Shown here: piece after piece, positions 49,398 through 58,662 of the stretch | Position numbering within the stretch: the stretch's first letter is position 1 | Layout of the letters: every line of letters begins with the position of its first letter | NCBI GenBank assembly: GCA_050014515.1 | Contig: JBEKDE010000005.1 | Coordinates: 41,779 to 105,778 of the forward strand | Reading direction: 5' to 3' | Origin: Terracidiphilus sp. | GTDB lineage: Bacteria > Acidobacteriota > Terriglobia > Terriglobales > Acidobacteriaceae | DNA: 64,000 bases | Position numbers and translations under genes: made by a program | The notes under the pieces: model-generated | The model's database searches: none | Told to the model about the DNA's origin: nothing | Seen by the model: only the letters and a program-made list of their open reading frames with translations

Positions 49398-49787
49398 ATG
49401 GCGGCTAAGAAAGTGACTGCGGAGAGCGGTAAAGCTGAGGTTGAGGCGTACCTTGCGCGGGTTCCGGAGCCGGCGAGGACAACGCTTGAGAAGATGCGGG
49501 CGATGATCCGGGCTGCGGCGCCAAAGGAGGCGACCGAGGCGATCAGCTACAGGATTCCGTCGTTCCAGTACAAGGGCGCGCTGGTCTGGTATGCGGCGTT
49601 CAAAGGCCACTGCAGCTTTTTCCCGAAGAGCCTTTCGAGACTGGAAGGACTTGAAGAAGAGCTGAAGAAGTACAAAGTTGCGAAGGGAACGATTCAGTTT
49701 CCGGTAGACAAGCCGCTCCCGAAGACGCTGGTGACGAAGATTGTAACGATGGCTGTTGTGGCGAATGATGCGAGAGAACGGGGCTGA
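49398..49787 (+). CDS. DUF1801/YdhG-like protein
   Basis: EAYLARVPE, EAISYRIPSF, KGTIQFPVDKPLP. Confidence 0.85.
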   Translation: MAAKKVTAESGKAEVEAYLARVPEPARTTLEKMRAMIRAAAPKEATEAISYRIPSFQYKGALVWYAAFKGHCSFFPKSLSRLEGLEEELKKYKVAKGTIQFPVDKPLPKTLVTKIVTMAVVANDARERG

Positions 49788-49789
49788 GA

Positions 49790-50301
49790 ATGAACACCCT
49801 CAGGAGTGTCCGCGGGCCAAGGAGTATCTGGTAGGGAGGATTGCCGAGAAGGCAAAGCTGGAAGGTGCTCCACTCACCGAAGTAGAGCGGAAGATGCTCT
49901 ATTTTTCTGAAACGGGTTGGACGATTCCGGACATCGTGGAAGTGAACGCGGGATTCGAGCGGGACTATAACGACGTTGAATACGAAGAAAAAATCGGCGG
50001 GATTGTTCGGCGGATCCAGGAGAAGCAGAACTTGGAAGATGAGGAGCAGAGAGGGGCTTGGTGCGCCGCAGTTGAAACGGTGGGAGAAGAGGACTGTTAT
50101 CTACTGACCCTCATCGATATCGGTTGCAGGGCCGAGGGCAAGAAACTATCGAGGTTGGGCCGAATAGAGCCATGGTTGCCAGACTTGGGAAACAGCGGAG
50201 CGAGGCCTTCCGGGGACGTGGCCAGACTTATCCTGGTGTCCATCGGCGTGTCGGCAGCGCTATTCACCGCGATGATGATTTGGGCTTCAGTTAGGCGATA
50301 A
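49790..50301 (+). pseudogene. Acidobacterial hypothetical membrane protein with a probable 1-nt deletion near codon 9
   Basis: ATG 49790 reads MNTLRSVRGPRSIW*. The coding body AKEYLVGRI...ERKMLYFSETGW is in another frame, and one extra base at about 49814 joins them. Confidence 0.5.
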
Positions 50302-50368
50302 GCCGCGACACTTCCGAGTGATTTGGATCACATTTTGCCTCATCTGGACAGCGTATAAGGGGACTACT

Positions 50369-50704
50369 ATGTGCCTTGCGATTCCGGGGAAAGTGGAAGC
50401 GATCACCAACGACGGCCTGATCCGCATGGGTCGTGTGAACTTTGGCGGGGTGGTGAAGAACGTCTGCCTGGACTACGTGCCGGAGGTCGAGGTGGGCGAC
50501 TACACCATCGTCCACGTAGGTTTTGCGTTGTCGAAGATCGACGAGGAGACGGCCGAGGAGACGCTGGCGGAGTTTCGCAAGATGGGGATTCTGGAGCAGG
50601 AGCTGGAGAGTGAAGACGAGGCCTTTGCCCGGGCGGCTGAGGCGCCGCAGATGGTTTGCCAGGCTGAGAGCTGTTTTGTGGAACCCGCCAAGAACGAGGA
50701 TTGA
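50369..50704 (+). CDS. hypC: Hydrogenase assembly chaperone HypC
   Basis: MCLAIPG start, VGDYTIVHVGFAL. Confidence 0.96.
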   Translation: MCLAIPGKVEAITNDGLIRMGRVNFGGVVKNVCLDYVPEVEVGDYTIVHVGFALSKIDEETAEETLAEFRKMGILEQELESEDEAFARAAEAPQMVCQAESCFVEPAKNED

Positions 50705-50716
50705 GATTTGTGGTAT

Positions 50717-50749
50717 CCCCGGTCTCAAAGTCGAGACCGGGGGCACCCG
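50717..50749. repeat. REP-like palindrome between hypC and hypD
   Basis: ccccggtctc-aaagtc-gagaccggggg-cacccg. Confidence 0.75.
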
Positions 50750-50786
50750 GATGTGGCCTGGATAGTGTGAGAGAACGCACCTGCGA

Positions 50787-51920
50787 ATGAAGTATCTGAC
50801 TGAGTTTCGAAATGGGGAGATTGCGCAGCGGATGGCGCGGGAGATTCACGCCGTCGCGACGCGACCGTGGAAGATTATGGAGGTTTGCGGGGGGCAGACG
50901 CACTCCATTATCAAGAACGGGATCGATCAGATGCTGCCGGCGGGTATTGAGATGGTGCATGGGCCGGGCTGCCCGGTGTGCGTCACCCCTCTGGAATTGA
51001 TTGACAAGGCGCTGGCAATTGCAGCACAGCCGGGAGTAATCTTCTGCTCGTTTGGCGACATGCTGCGGGTGCCGGGGACGGACGCGGATCTTTTCCAGAT
51101 CAAGGGCAACGGCGGCGATGTGCGGGTGGTGTATTCACCGCTGGATGCCGTGGAGCTAGCCGCAAAAAATCCTGATAAGCAGGTGGTATTTTTTGGGGTC
51201 GGATTTGAGACTACTGCGCCGGCCAACGCGATGTGCGTGCATGTTGCAAAGCGGCGCGGGTTGAAGAATTTTTCGCTGCTGGTGTCGCATGTGCTGGTGC
51301 CGCCGGCGATTGCCGCGATCATGGGCTCGCCCGGCAACAAGGTGCAGGCGTTTCTGTTGGCGGGACATGTGTGCAGCGTGATGGGTTATTGGGAGTATCC
51401 ACCGGTTGCGGAGAAGTTTCAGGTTCCGCTGGTGGTGACGGGGTTTGAGCCGCTGGATTTGCTGGACGGGATTCGGCGCGCCGTTATTCAACTAGAGGCC
51501 GGACGGCACGAAGTTGAAAATGCCTACGAGAGGATTGTGACTTTTGAGGGCAATCGCGCGGCGCAGAAGATGCTGGCTGAAGTTTTCGAAGTGACGGATC
51601 GGGCGTGGCGAGGGATCGGCGTGATTCCCAAAAGCGGCTGGCGGCTGAGCACGGCCTATCGCGAATTTGACGCGGAGGACCGGTTTCAGATTGCGGGGAT
51701 TCATACGGAAGAATCCGCTCTCTGTCGCGCGGGCGATGTGCTCCGTGGGGCGATCAAGCCCGCAGAATGCGGGGCGTTTGGCAAGGAGTGCACGCCAAGA
51801 CATCCACTTGGAGCGACGATGGTTTCAAGCGAAGGAGCTTGCGCGGCGTATTACAACTACGGGCGGTTTATTTCGGCGGAAGAATTAGCGGGTGCGGGGT
51901 CGGGGTTGACGCGTGGCTGA
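50787..51920 (+). CDS. hypD: Hydrogenase maturation protein HypD
   Basis: [28 protein letters not shown]-x14-C-x6-C Fe-S ligands, [12 protein letters not shown]. Confidence 0.97.
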   Translation: MKYLTEFRNGEIAQRMAREIHAVATRPWKIMEVCGGQTHSIIKNGIDQMLPAGIEMVHGPGCPVCVTPLELIDKALAIAAQPGVIFCSFGDMLRVPGTDADLFQIKGNGGDVRVVYSPLDAVELAAKNPDKQVVFFGVGFETTAPANAMCVHVAKRRGLKNFSLLVSHVLVPPAIAAIMGSPGNKVQAFLLAGHVCSVMGYWEYPPVAEKFQVPLVVTGFEPLDLLDGIRRAVIQLEAGRHEVENAYERIVTFEGNRAAQKMLAEVFEVTDRAWRGIGVIPKSGWRLSTAYREFDAEDRFQIAGIHTEESALCRAGDVLRGAIKPAECGAFGKECTPRHPLGATMVSSEGACAAYYNYGRFISAEELAGAGSGLTRG

Positions 51921-52989
51921 CGAGACGAAAACCGAGACGCCTGATTTTTCGAACTGGAGCTGTCCGCTGCCGCTGGTGGGGTATCCGACGATTGTGATGG
52001 GACACGGCGGGGGCGGCAAGCTGGGCAATGAGCTGGTGGAGCACTTGTTTCTGCCGGCGTTTCGGAATCCAGCACTCGAGAACCTGGGCGACGCGGCGGT
52101 GCTTGATTTTACCGGTGGAAGGCTGGCGATGAGCACCGATTCGTTTGTGGTGCAGCCGCTGTTTTTCCCCGGCGGATCGATCGGCGAGCTGGCGGTGAAC
52201 GGTACGGTAAACGACCTGGCCGTGTCAGGCGCGGTGCCGAAGTTTCTGAGCGCGAGCTTTATTCTGGAAGAGGGTTTTCCGCTGGCGCAGCTGGCGGCGA
52301 TTGTGGATGCGATGGCCAATGCTGCCGCGACGGCCGGCGTGCAGATTGTTACCGGCGACACCAAGGTAGTGGAGCGCGGCCACGGCGACGGCTGCTACAT
52401 CAATACCGCTGGCGTGGGAATGGTGCGAACAGATGTGCAGGTGGGTCCGCATCGCGCGCGGCCGGGAGACGCCATCCTTGTTTCGGGTACGATTGGCGAT
52501 CACGGCATGGCGATTATGAGCGTGCGCGAGGGACTGGAGTTTGAAAGCCAGATCCGGTCAGATTGCGCGCCGTTGAACGGAATGATTGCCGAGGTGCTGG
52601 ACGCCGTTGGCGCGGAGGTTCATGCCATGCGCGATCCTACGCGCGGCGGGCTGGCTTCAACGCTGAATGAGATTGCGCTCGCGTCCAGCGTGGGAATTTC
52701 GATTGACGAGGCGAGTTTGCCGGTGCGGCTCGAGGTGCAGTCGGCCTGCGAGCTGTTGGGGCTGGACCCGGTGTACGTGGCCAACGAGGGCAAAGCGGTG
52801 TTCTTTGTTGCGCCGGATGCCGCGGAAAAGGTGCTGGAGGTGCTGAGAGCGCATCCACTTGGGCGCAATGCGGCTAGGATTGGCCGGGTGACCGCGGAGC
52901 ATAAGCGGATGCTGGTGGCACGAACAGCGATGGGCGCGAACCGGGTGATTCCGATCCAGATTGGCGAGCAATTGCCGCGGATCTGCTAG
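51913..52989 (+). CDS. hypE: Hydrogenase maturation protein HypE
   Basis: GHGGGG, STDSFVV, GTVNDLA, GDTKVV, RDPTRGG, ANEG, C-terminal PRIC. GTG start overlaps hypD. Confidence 0.97.
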   Translation: MADETKTETPDFSNWSCPLPLVGYPTIVMGHGGGGKLGNELVEHLFLPAFRNPALENLGDAAVLDFTGGRLAMSTDSFVVQPLFFPGGSIGELAVNGTVNDLAVSGAVPKFLSASFILEEGFPLAQLAAIVDAMANAAATAGVQIVTGDTKVVERGHGDGCYINTAGVGMVRTDVQVGPHRARPGDAILVSGTIGDHGMAIMSVREGLEFESQIRSDCAPLNGMIAEVLDAVGAEVHAMRDPTRGGLASTLNEIALASSVGISIDEASLPVRLEVQSACELLGLDPVYVANEGKAVFFVAPDAAEKVLEVLRAHPLGRNAARIGRVTAEHKRMLVARTAMGANRVIPIQIGEQLPRIC

Positions 52990-53214
52990 GGCGGCGGAGC
53001 TAGCTTGTGCCTGGGCTGCAAACTATTCCTTCCTGGATTCCTTCCCGGACAACCCGAAATCCAAAAGCGGAAACGAAGGATTGGAGACTTCCTGCTGCGT
53101 GGTGAGCCGGATTGACCGGCAAGTGCTGCGCAGAGATGGGAAACTTCGGAGATTGCTTCTGATCGCGTTGAGCGACTTCTTGTCGCGGCGGCGCGGGAGC
53201 AAAGGAGATCGACA

Positions 53215-53373
53215 ATGGGACTGATCCTTCTGATTGTGATTCTTATTCTGCTGTTTGGCGGAGGCGGCGGCTACTACGGCTACGGACGTTGGGGCTGGGG
53301 CGGCGGCGCGGGCATTGGACTGGGCACGATTCTGATTATCGTGCTGATCTGCTATCTGCTGGGAGTGTTCTAA
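53215..53373 (+). CDS. 52-aa small membrane protein, DUF3309-like (absent from the ORF track)
   Basis: RBS AAGGAG. MGLILLIVILILLFGGGGGYYGYGRWGWGGGAGIGLGTILIIVLICYLLGVF*. Confidence 0.85.
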   Translation: MGLILLIVILILLFGGGGGYYGYGRWGWGGGAGIGLGTILIIVLICYLLGVF

Positions 53374-53381
53374 GGGTCTTG

Positions 53382-54206
53382 TCAGCCGAAGAGTGCGAAG
53401 GACTGCTCGATGCGGCCGGGCAGGTCGACGTTGGGGACTTCGCTGAGGGACTGATGCGGTTCAAGCACGATGGCGGGTAGCGCGGGGAGGGCCTTCAGTG
53501 CTTTCACGGCGGCCGGCCAGTCGATGGTGCCGTCGCCGGGCCACAGATGCTCGTCTTTCTCGGCGTGGTTGTCGTGGACGTGGACTGAGGCGATGCGGGG
53601 GCCGAGGGTGGCGATGGCGTCGGCGATGCCTACATTGATGTGAGCATGACCGAGGTCGAGACAGAAGCCGGTGGAATCGAGGTGGCCGATGCGGAGGATC
53701 TCGACGAGGTGCTCCGGCGTGGTGGCTTCGCTGAGCAGGTTTTCTACCAGCAGACGGACACCGAGAGGATGAGCGAAAGCTCCGAGATGCTCAATGGCGG
53801 TGATGGCGTACTCGATGGTGCGTGGCGACCAGCCGTCTTCGCGCTCGCCGAGATGAACCACGAGGTTGCGGAAAGGGATGGAATCGGCGGCTTCGAGGGC
53901 GCGCTTGATCTCGTCCATGGCGTCGATGCGGCGGGCCTTATCAGGGTGGAGCAGATTGACGGCGGGAGCGCCGGCGCGGCCCATTTCGCGGTCGGGAAAG
54001 AGCGGGGCGTGCATGGACCAGGCTTCAAGAGGGTTGGAACGAAAGAAAGCCGCCAGTTCGGCGACATGATCGCGGCTGGCATAGTCGAAGTGATGACGGG
54101 CTGCAAACAGTTCGACCGCTTGCACGCCGGCATGGGCGGCCAGGTCGAGCTGAGCTGAGTGCAGGCGCTGGTTCCGGAACAAATGCGTCGAGAGAACTCG
54201 CAGCAT
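53382..54206 (-). CDS. Sugar phosphate isomerase/epimerase (AP endonuclease 2 TIM barrel)
   Basis: SMHAP, VHLG, LLVEN, CLDLGHAH, HVHDN...DEHLWPGDGTIDW. Confidence 0.88.
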   Translation of the reverse strand: MLRVLSTHLFRNQRLHSAQLDLAAHAGVQAVELFAARHHFDYASRDHVAELAAFFRSNPLEAWSMHAPLFPDREMGRAGAPAVNLLHPDKARRIDAMDEIKRALEAADSIPFRNLVVHLGEREDGWSPRTIEYAITAIEHLGAFAHPLGVRLLVENLLSEATTPEHLVEILRIGHLDSTGFCLDLGHAHINVGIADAIATLGPRIASVHVHDNHAEKDEHLWPGDGTIDWPAAVKALKALPALPAIVLEPHQSLSEVPNVDLPGRIEQSFALFG

Positions 54207-54349
54207 GGTCAAGAGGTCTCCACTCCAGGCTCGCGGGAAGACAAGCCGGACGGTAACTCTATTGTCTCATTTTTGAACAATTTACTGTAGGAGCGATGCC
54301 AAGCTGGGGATCGGCGCGAAATGCAAAATTGGGGGCTTTGGGGTCGATA

Positions 54350-54625
54350 GCGGTGCAAGCCTGCCCTAGGGAGGAGTTTCAGGCTTGCACGCCGGTGATG
54401 CACGACTGGGGATCGTTGCACTCTATTCGAGCAAACTCTCGAGGTCGTTCTGCGCAAGGGGCACGCGGATGGCCACCGAGGTAAGCGACGCCCGGAGACT
54501 TAAGAGGCCGGATCCGGAAACACGTTCCGAATCCATCCCATTGGTTCCAGGAGTAGGCGAGAATCCGCCAATGAGAGTTAGGATGCTGGATTCTCTAAAA
54601 GGTTGTCTGAGCAGATATGCTCAAG
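54350..54625. ncRNA. Candidate structured RNA or long leader (unassigned)
   Basis: At least six consecutive stems in a 465-bp gap with no credible ORF. It matches no family I can recognise. Confidence 0.3.
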
Positions 54626-54671
54626 ATCAAAAATTATCGAAAATTTAGAAAAATGGGAATTTCGCTTTCGA

Positions 54672-56471
54672 TCAGTACCCCGAGGCTTTGCCGTAGTGGC
54701 TGCGGTGGTCCTGCCCGGCGGAAAGCTCGCCGGTTTTGGGGTCGATGGCGATGCACTCGCCATTGGACCAATGCCGGCTGCCGGGGCCAATGGTGTAGCC
54801 CATAGCTTTGAGGGCGGCCACGGTTTCCGGCGGAAAGCCGGGCTCAAGGAAGAGCGTGTCTGGCAGGTACTGGTGGTGGAAGCGGGGCGCGTCGACGGCC
54901 TGCTGGATGTTGAGGCCGTTTTCGGCCGCTGAAAGGAAGATGTTGGCCACGGTGGTGATGATGCGCGGGCCTCCGGGCGAGCCAAGAACGAAGCGCAGTT
55001 TGCGGTCCTCGAGGACGATGGTCGGGGTCATGGCGCTGAGCGGGCGCTTGCCTGGGGCGATGGCGTTGGCCGGGCCCTGGATGAGGCCGTACATGTTGGG
55101 TACGCCGAGCTTCGAGGTGAAGTCGTCCATCTCGTCGTTGAGCAGGAAGCCGAGCGAGCCGGCGGTAACGTGCGATCCGAAGCTGTTGTTGAGGGTGGTG
55201 GTAACGGAGACGGCGTTGCCTTCGCTGTCGACTACGGAGTAGTGGGTGGTCTGATCGGATTCATGGTGGCGCTGGCCGGGAGTGGTGGGCGCGGGCGGAA
55301 GGAATCCGGGGGGGCGAACGAGGGAAGCGGAGGGTGTGGCGGCATTGGGATCGATGCTAGCGCGCCAGGCCTTGGCGTACTTCTTCGAGGTCAGCTCAGC
55401 GACGGGAATGGGGTTGTAGTCGGGATCGCCGAGGTAGTCGGAGCGGTCCATATAGGCGCGGCGATAGGCCTCGGTAATGAGGTGAATGGAGGCTGGGGTG
55501 CGGTCACCCAGCTTGGACAGGTCGTAGCCTTCGAGGATGTTGAGGGCACTGAGCAGGACGATGCCGCCTGACGATGGCGGCGGGGCGGAGATGACGGTGT
55601 AGTTGTGAAACTGGCCGATGATGGGCGTGCGTTCCTCGACGGTGAATTGGGCCAGGTCTTCGAGGGTGAGAAGCGCGCCGCCCTTGTGCAGCTCGTCGAC
55701 CAGCTCATGGGCGAGCTTGCCGTGATAGAAGTCGGCGGGGTCGGCGGCGATACGCTGGAGGGTGCGGGCCAGTTCAGGCTGCTTGAAGACTTCGCCTTCC
55801 TTGTAGAAATTGCCGTCGCGCTGGAAGATGCGGTTCGACTCAGGGAACCTGGAGAGATAGGGATCAGTGAGCTCGTGAGCTTCTTCGCCGGTGAGGACGA
55901 AGCCCTCCTGGGCGAGCTGGATGGCTGGCGCCATAACGCGAGCGAGGCCGAGCTTGCCATATTTGCGCTCAGCGTAAACCATGCCTGCGACCGAGCCTGG
56001 GGTGGCGATGGAGCGGTAGCCGAGGACGCTGGAGTCGAGATTGTCAGGAGGGAGGACGTCGCCCTTAGCGTCCTGGTACATGGTTTCGGTGGCAGCCTGC
56101 GGGGCTTTTTCGCGGTAATCGATGAAGGTGGAGTGTCCGTCGTGGGTGCGGAGGAGCAGAAAGCCGCCGCCGCCGAGGTTGCCGGCTGCGGGATGGACGA
56201 CGGCGAGCGCGAAGCCGGTGGCTACGGCCGCGTCGACGGCGTTGCCGCCTGCGCGCAGGATGTCGAGGCCGGCGTCGGAGGCAAGATGGTGGACGCTGAC
56301 GACCATGCCGTGCGCTGCACGAACGGGCTGCTCCGTAAGATATGCGCCGGGATCGGGTGTAGCGGTCTTTGCCGGCTCCTGAGCCGCACTTTGCGTGGCG
56401 GAGAGAGCGGGGATGGTCAGCGAAGCGGCGGTGATGGCTGCCAGGACGGGGAAGGGGTTCCGTCTGTTCAT
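54672..56471 (-). CDS. ggt: Gamma-glutamyltransferase
   Basis: Signal peptide, GGNAVDAA, GGGGF, IDYREKAP, APPPSSGG, catalytic TTHYSVVD, LNDEMDDF, GKRPLSAM, GSPGG. Confidence 0.96.
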   Translation of the reverse strand: MNRRNPFPVLAAITAASLTIPALSATQSAAQEPAKTATPDPGAYLTEQPVRAAHGMVVSVHHLASDAGLDILRAGGNAVDAAVATGFALAVVHPAAGNLGGGGFLLLRTHDGHSTFIDYREKAPQAATETMYQDAKGDVLPPDNLDSSVLGYRSIATPGSVAGMVYAERKYGKLGLARVMAPAIQLAQEGFVLTGEEAHELTDPYLSRFPESNRIFQRDGNFYKEGEVFKQPELARTLQRIAADPADFYHGKLAHELVDELHKGGALLTLEDLAQFTVEERTPIIGQFHNYTVISAPPPSSGGIVLLSALNILEGYDLSKLGDRTPASIHLITEAYRRAYMDRSDYLGDPDYNPIPVAELTSKKYAKAWRASIDPNAATPSASLVRPPGFLPPAPTTPGQRHHESDQTTHYSVVDSEGNAVSVTTTLNNSFGSHVTAGSLGFLLNDEMDDFTSKLGVPNMYGLIQGPANAIAPGKRPLSAMTPTIVLEDRKLRFVLGSPGGPRIITTVANIFLSAAENGLNIQQAVDAPRFHHQYLPDTLFLEPGFPPETVAALKAMGYTIGPGSRHWSNGECIAIDPKTGELSAGQDHRSHYGKASGY

Positions 56472-56637
56472 AGTGTTTTGACAGGATAACGCGGACCCGA
56501 CCCGGATTGGAGGATAAAGGTAGTTACTCCGGAGCAGGGCCACCAAAGACTTTGAACGCGCGTCCAAAACTGGAAGCAGGCTGGAGAGGAACTCCCTGTT
56601 CAGCTCAATGTGAACGACTTTGAAAACAGGAGGACAG

Positions 56638-57258
56638 ATGTCGGCAAAGCGGATTTATACAACATTTCTTTTCGTTGGGATGGCGGGGTTAGGGTGTGGG
56701 GTTGGCGCAGCGCAGACGGATGTGGCGGCCAGCCTTTATGGCGCCTTCAGCGGGACAACGAGTGGGAATAACACGACGGAGAGCCCTTCGAATGCGGCCG
56801 GAGCGATGATTGAGCTGCGGCATATTTCGAATCCGATCGTCGGTTTTGAGGGGACTTACTCTTTTAATCGCGCCAACGAGGTTTATCGATACACGATTCC
56901 GCCGGGATGCCCAACTTCAGGGTGCGCCTTACCGGCTGCGGTTTCAGCCAATGCGCACGAGGTGACCGGGGATTGGGTTGCGTCAGTGAAGATTGCGAAT
57001 CTCAGGCCATTTGGGCTGGCGGGAGTGGGGTTGTTGTTTAACGAGCCGACGGGCGGGGAAGCCGAAACGCAGAGCCAAACCAAGCCGACGTTCGTTTACG
57101 GAGCAGGGTTGGACTGGGGCGTTCTTCCCCATATTGGGCTGCGTTTTCAGTACCGCGGGAACCTCTACAGGGTGCCGAACTTGACCAGGCTCTATACCTC
57201 TGTGGACGCGTTTACGCACACGTCGGAGCCCATGATTGGGGCGTATTTCCGGTTCTGA
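56638..57258 (+). CDS. Outer membrane beta-barrel protein (OmpA-like/OMP_b-brl)
   Basis: RBS AGGAGG, signal peptide, alternating beta strands, C-terminal GAYFRF. Confidence 0.8.
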   Translation: MSAKRIYTTFLFVGMAGLGCGVGAAQTDVAASLYGAFSGTTSGNNTTESPSNAAGAMIELRHISNPIVGFEGTYSFNRANEVYRYTIPPGCPTSGCALPAAVSANAHEVTGDWVASVKIANLRPFGLAGVGLLFNEPTGGEAETQSQTKPTFVYGAGLDWGVLPHIGLRFQYRGNLYRVPNLTRLYTSVDAFTHTSEPMIGAYFRF

Positions 57259-57289
57259 AGCTGGAGATCGCCTTAGGCCATGCCTTGAA

Positions 57290-57907
57290 TCAGCGGGCGC
57301 CGATCAGCATCATGCCGTCGATGGGAGTGCGGCAGGATCTGGCGGTGCTGGCGGTCCAGGTGGAGCCGTCAGCATAGGTGATGGAGATCAGGTCAACAGT
57401 GTAGACGGCGGATAGACCTGGGACCCAGATGTCGGCCGACGCAGTCTTATCCGTGCTGGCTGCGTCGGTTGCGGCGGGGAAAGTGGCTTCGATGGTTCGG
57501 GCGGCGTCAGAGGGATCAGAGTCGCGGGTCATGGGGGTAAGCGTCGGGCGGGTTTTGGGCAGCAGGCCGCGCACCGTGACTGTGGCCTTGGCAACCCGGT
57601 TATCGCCTGAGTTGGCCAGCGTGAGATGAAGGAGCTGAGCGAGCCCTTTTGGGCGGCTGCGGTCAACTTGCATCAAGTTCGCGGCAGAGGACTGCTGGGC
57701 GCGCACCGAAACCGGGCAGGAACCGAGCTGCTGGGGTACGTTAACGACGATCGTGGTGGTCTTTTGGGTTTTAGAGTCGTAGACGGCGACCGTATGCGAA
57801 CCGGGCGCGGGGGCAACGCGGAAGGGTTCGATCTGGCTGGTGGCGGTCTGCGCGGCTAAGCTGGCGGTGCCGAAGAGAGCAAGAAAGAAGGCGGTGATGG
57901 GTTTCAT
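57290..57907 (-). CDS. Exported hypothetical protein
   Basis: RBS GGAG, signal peptide, ITYADGSTW motif, two Cys. Confidence 0.7.
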   Translation of the reverse strand: MKPITAFFLALFGTASLAAQTATSQIEPFRVAPAPGSHTVAVYDSKTQKTTTIVVNVPQQLGSCPVSVRAQQSSAANLMQVDRSRPKGLAQLLHLTLANSGDNRVAKATVTVRGLLPKTRPTLTPMTRDSDPSDAARTIEATFPAATDAASTDKTASADIWVPGLSAVYTVDLISITYADGSTWTASTARSCRTPIDGMMLIGAR

Positions 57908-58142
57908 TGCCGGTCTCCTTTAGCAGAAGGGCGAGAAGGCTGCTCACAAACAAAATACGCCTGCCGGAGCTGGGAAACAATCCCGGAGCGGGCGGGGTGG
58001 GTGGGTAGGCCCAAAGGCAAGAGTTTGGGCACCCACTGTGATACCGTTTGAGTACGGCGTCCCTGAGCCGGGCCGGTTTTTGGGGCCTGTGCCGTTGGCC
58101 TTTCAACGGGCTGGAAGCGGGGACGGAGTGCGTAACCAAAGA

Positions 58143-58568
58143 ATGTCCCAACTGCCGGAATCGACATCGCCTACGCTTGCCGCGAGCCCGGCTCCTTTGC
58201 CTGGGACGGCGGCTGGGTCTGTTTCCTCGAACGGAGTCGCGAGCCAAGTCGCGGGATACGGGGCAATTTCGGAGCCGATGCTTGAACCTCCCGGTCCTCC
58301 AGTTTTTGGGGAAACCCACCCGCAGCGGATTCCGCGCTGGCTGGAGCGGTCTGAACTGTTTCTGCGGGTGCTGCTGCGGATGTATATCGGGCTGGCAGTT
58401 TGCTATGCGCCATGGTCAAGACTCTTCTGGGATCAGAATCCGATTTTCGTTCAATTTCCCACGCTCTCAATTTATGCGGCGAACGGGGCGGTGCGAGGCA
58501 TCGTGTCGGGATTAGGGCTTTTGAATCTTTGGATTGCGTTTCACGATGCATTCCGGAAGAGTGATTGA
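58143..58568 (+). CDS. Small membrane protein of unknown function
   Basis: Pro-rich N-terminus then two TMs (YIGLAVCYAPW, GIVSGLGLLNLWIA). Start uncertain. Confidence 0.6.
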   Translation: MSQLPESTSPTLAASPAPLPGTAAGSVSSNGVASQVAGYGAISEPMLEPPGPPVFGETHPQRIPRWLERSELFLRVLLRMYIGLAVCYAPWSRLFWDQNPIFVQFPTLSIYAANGAVRGIVSGLGLLNLWIAFHDAFRKSD

Positions 58569-58573
58569 AAACG

Positions 58574-58623
58574 CAGGGAGCAGGGATCAGGTCACAGGAA
58601 ACAGAAAAGCAAGGATCAGGGAT
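58574..58623 (+). repeat. Heptamer tandem array (CAGGGAT-like)
   Basis: cagggag cagggat caggtca caggaaa cagaaaa (g) caaggat cagggat. Confidence 0.7.
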
Positions 58624-58662
58624 TAGAACGGCAAGAAACAGCGGTTAGGGAACGGCTGATTT

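Noticed and set aside
53138-53169. ECF sigma promoter for the small protein gene
   Set aside because: GAAACTT-TCTGA spacing is 11 nt and GAAAC-CGTT spacing is 21 nt; neither fits 16-17.
54300-54640. tmRNA, RNase P, SRP or 6S assignment
   Set aside because: No tRNA-like ends or tag ORF, no GAGGAAAGUCC, no SRP helix-8 loop and no long terminal rod; left unassigned.
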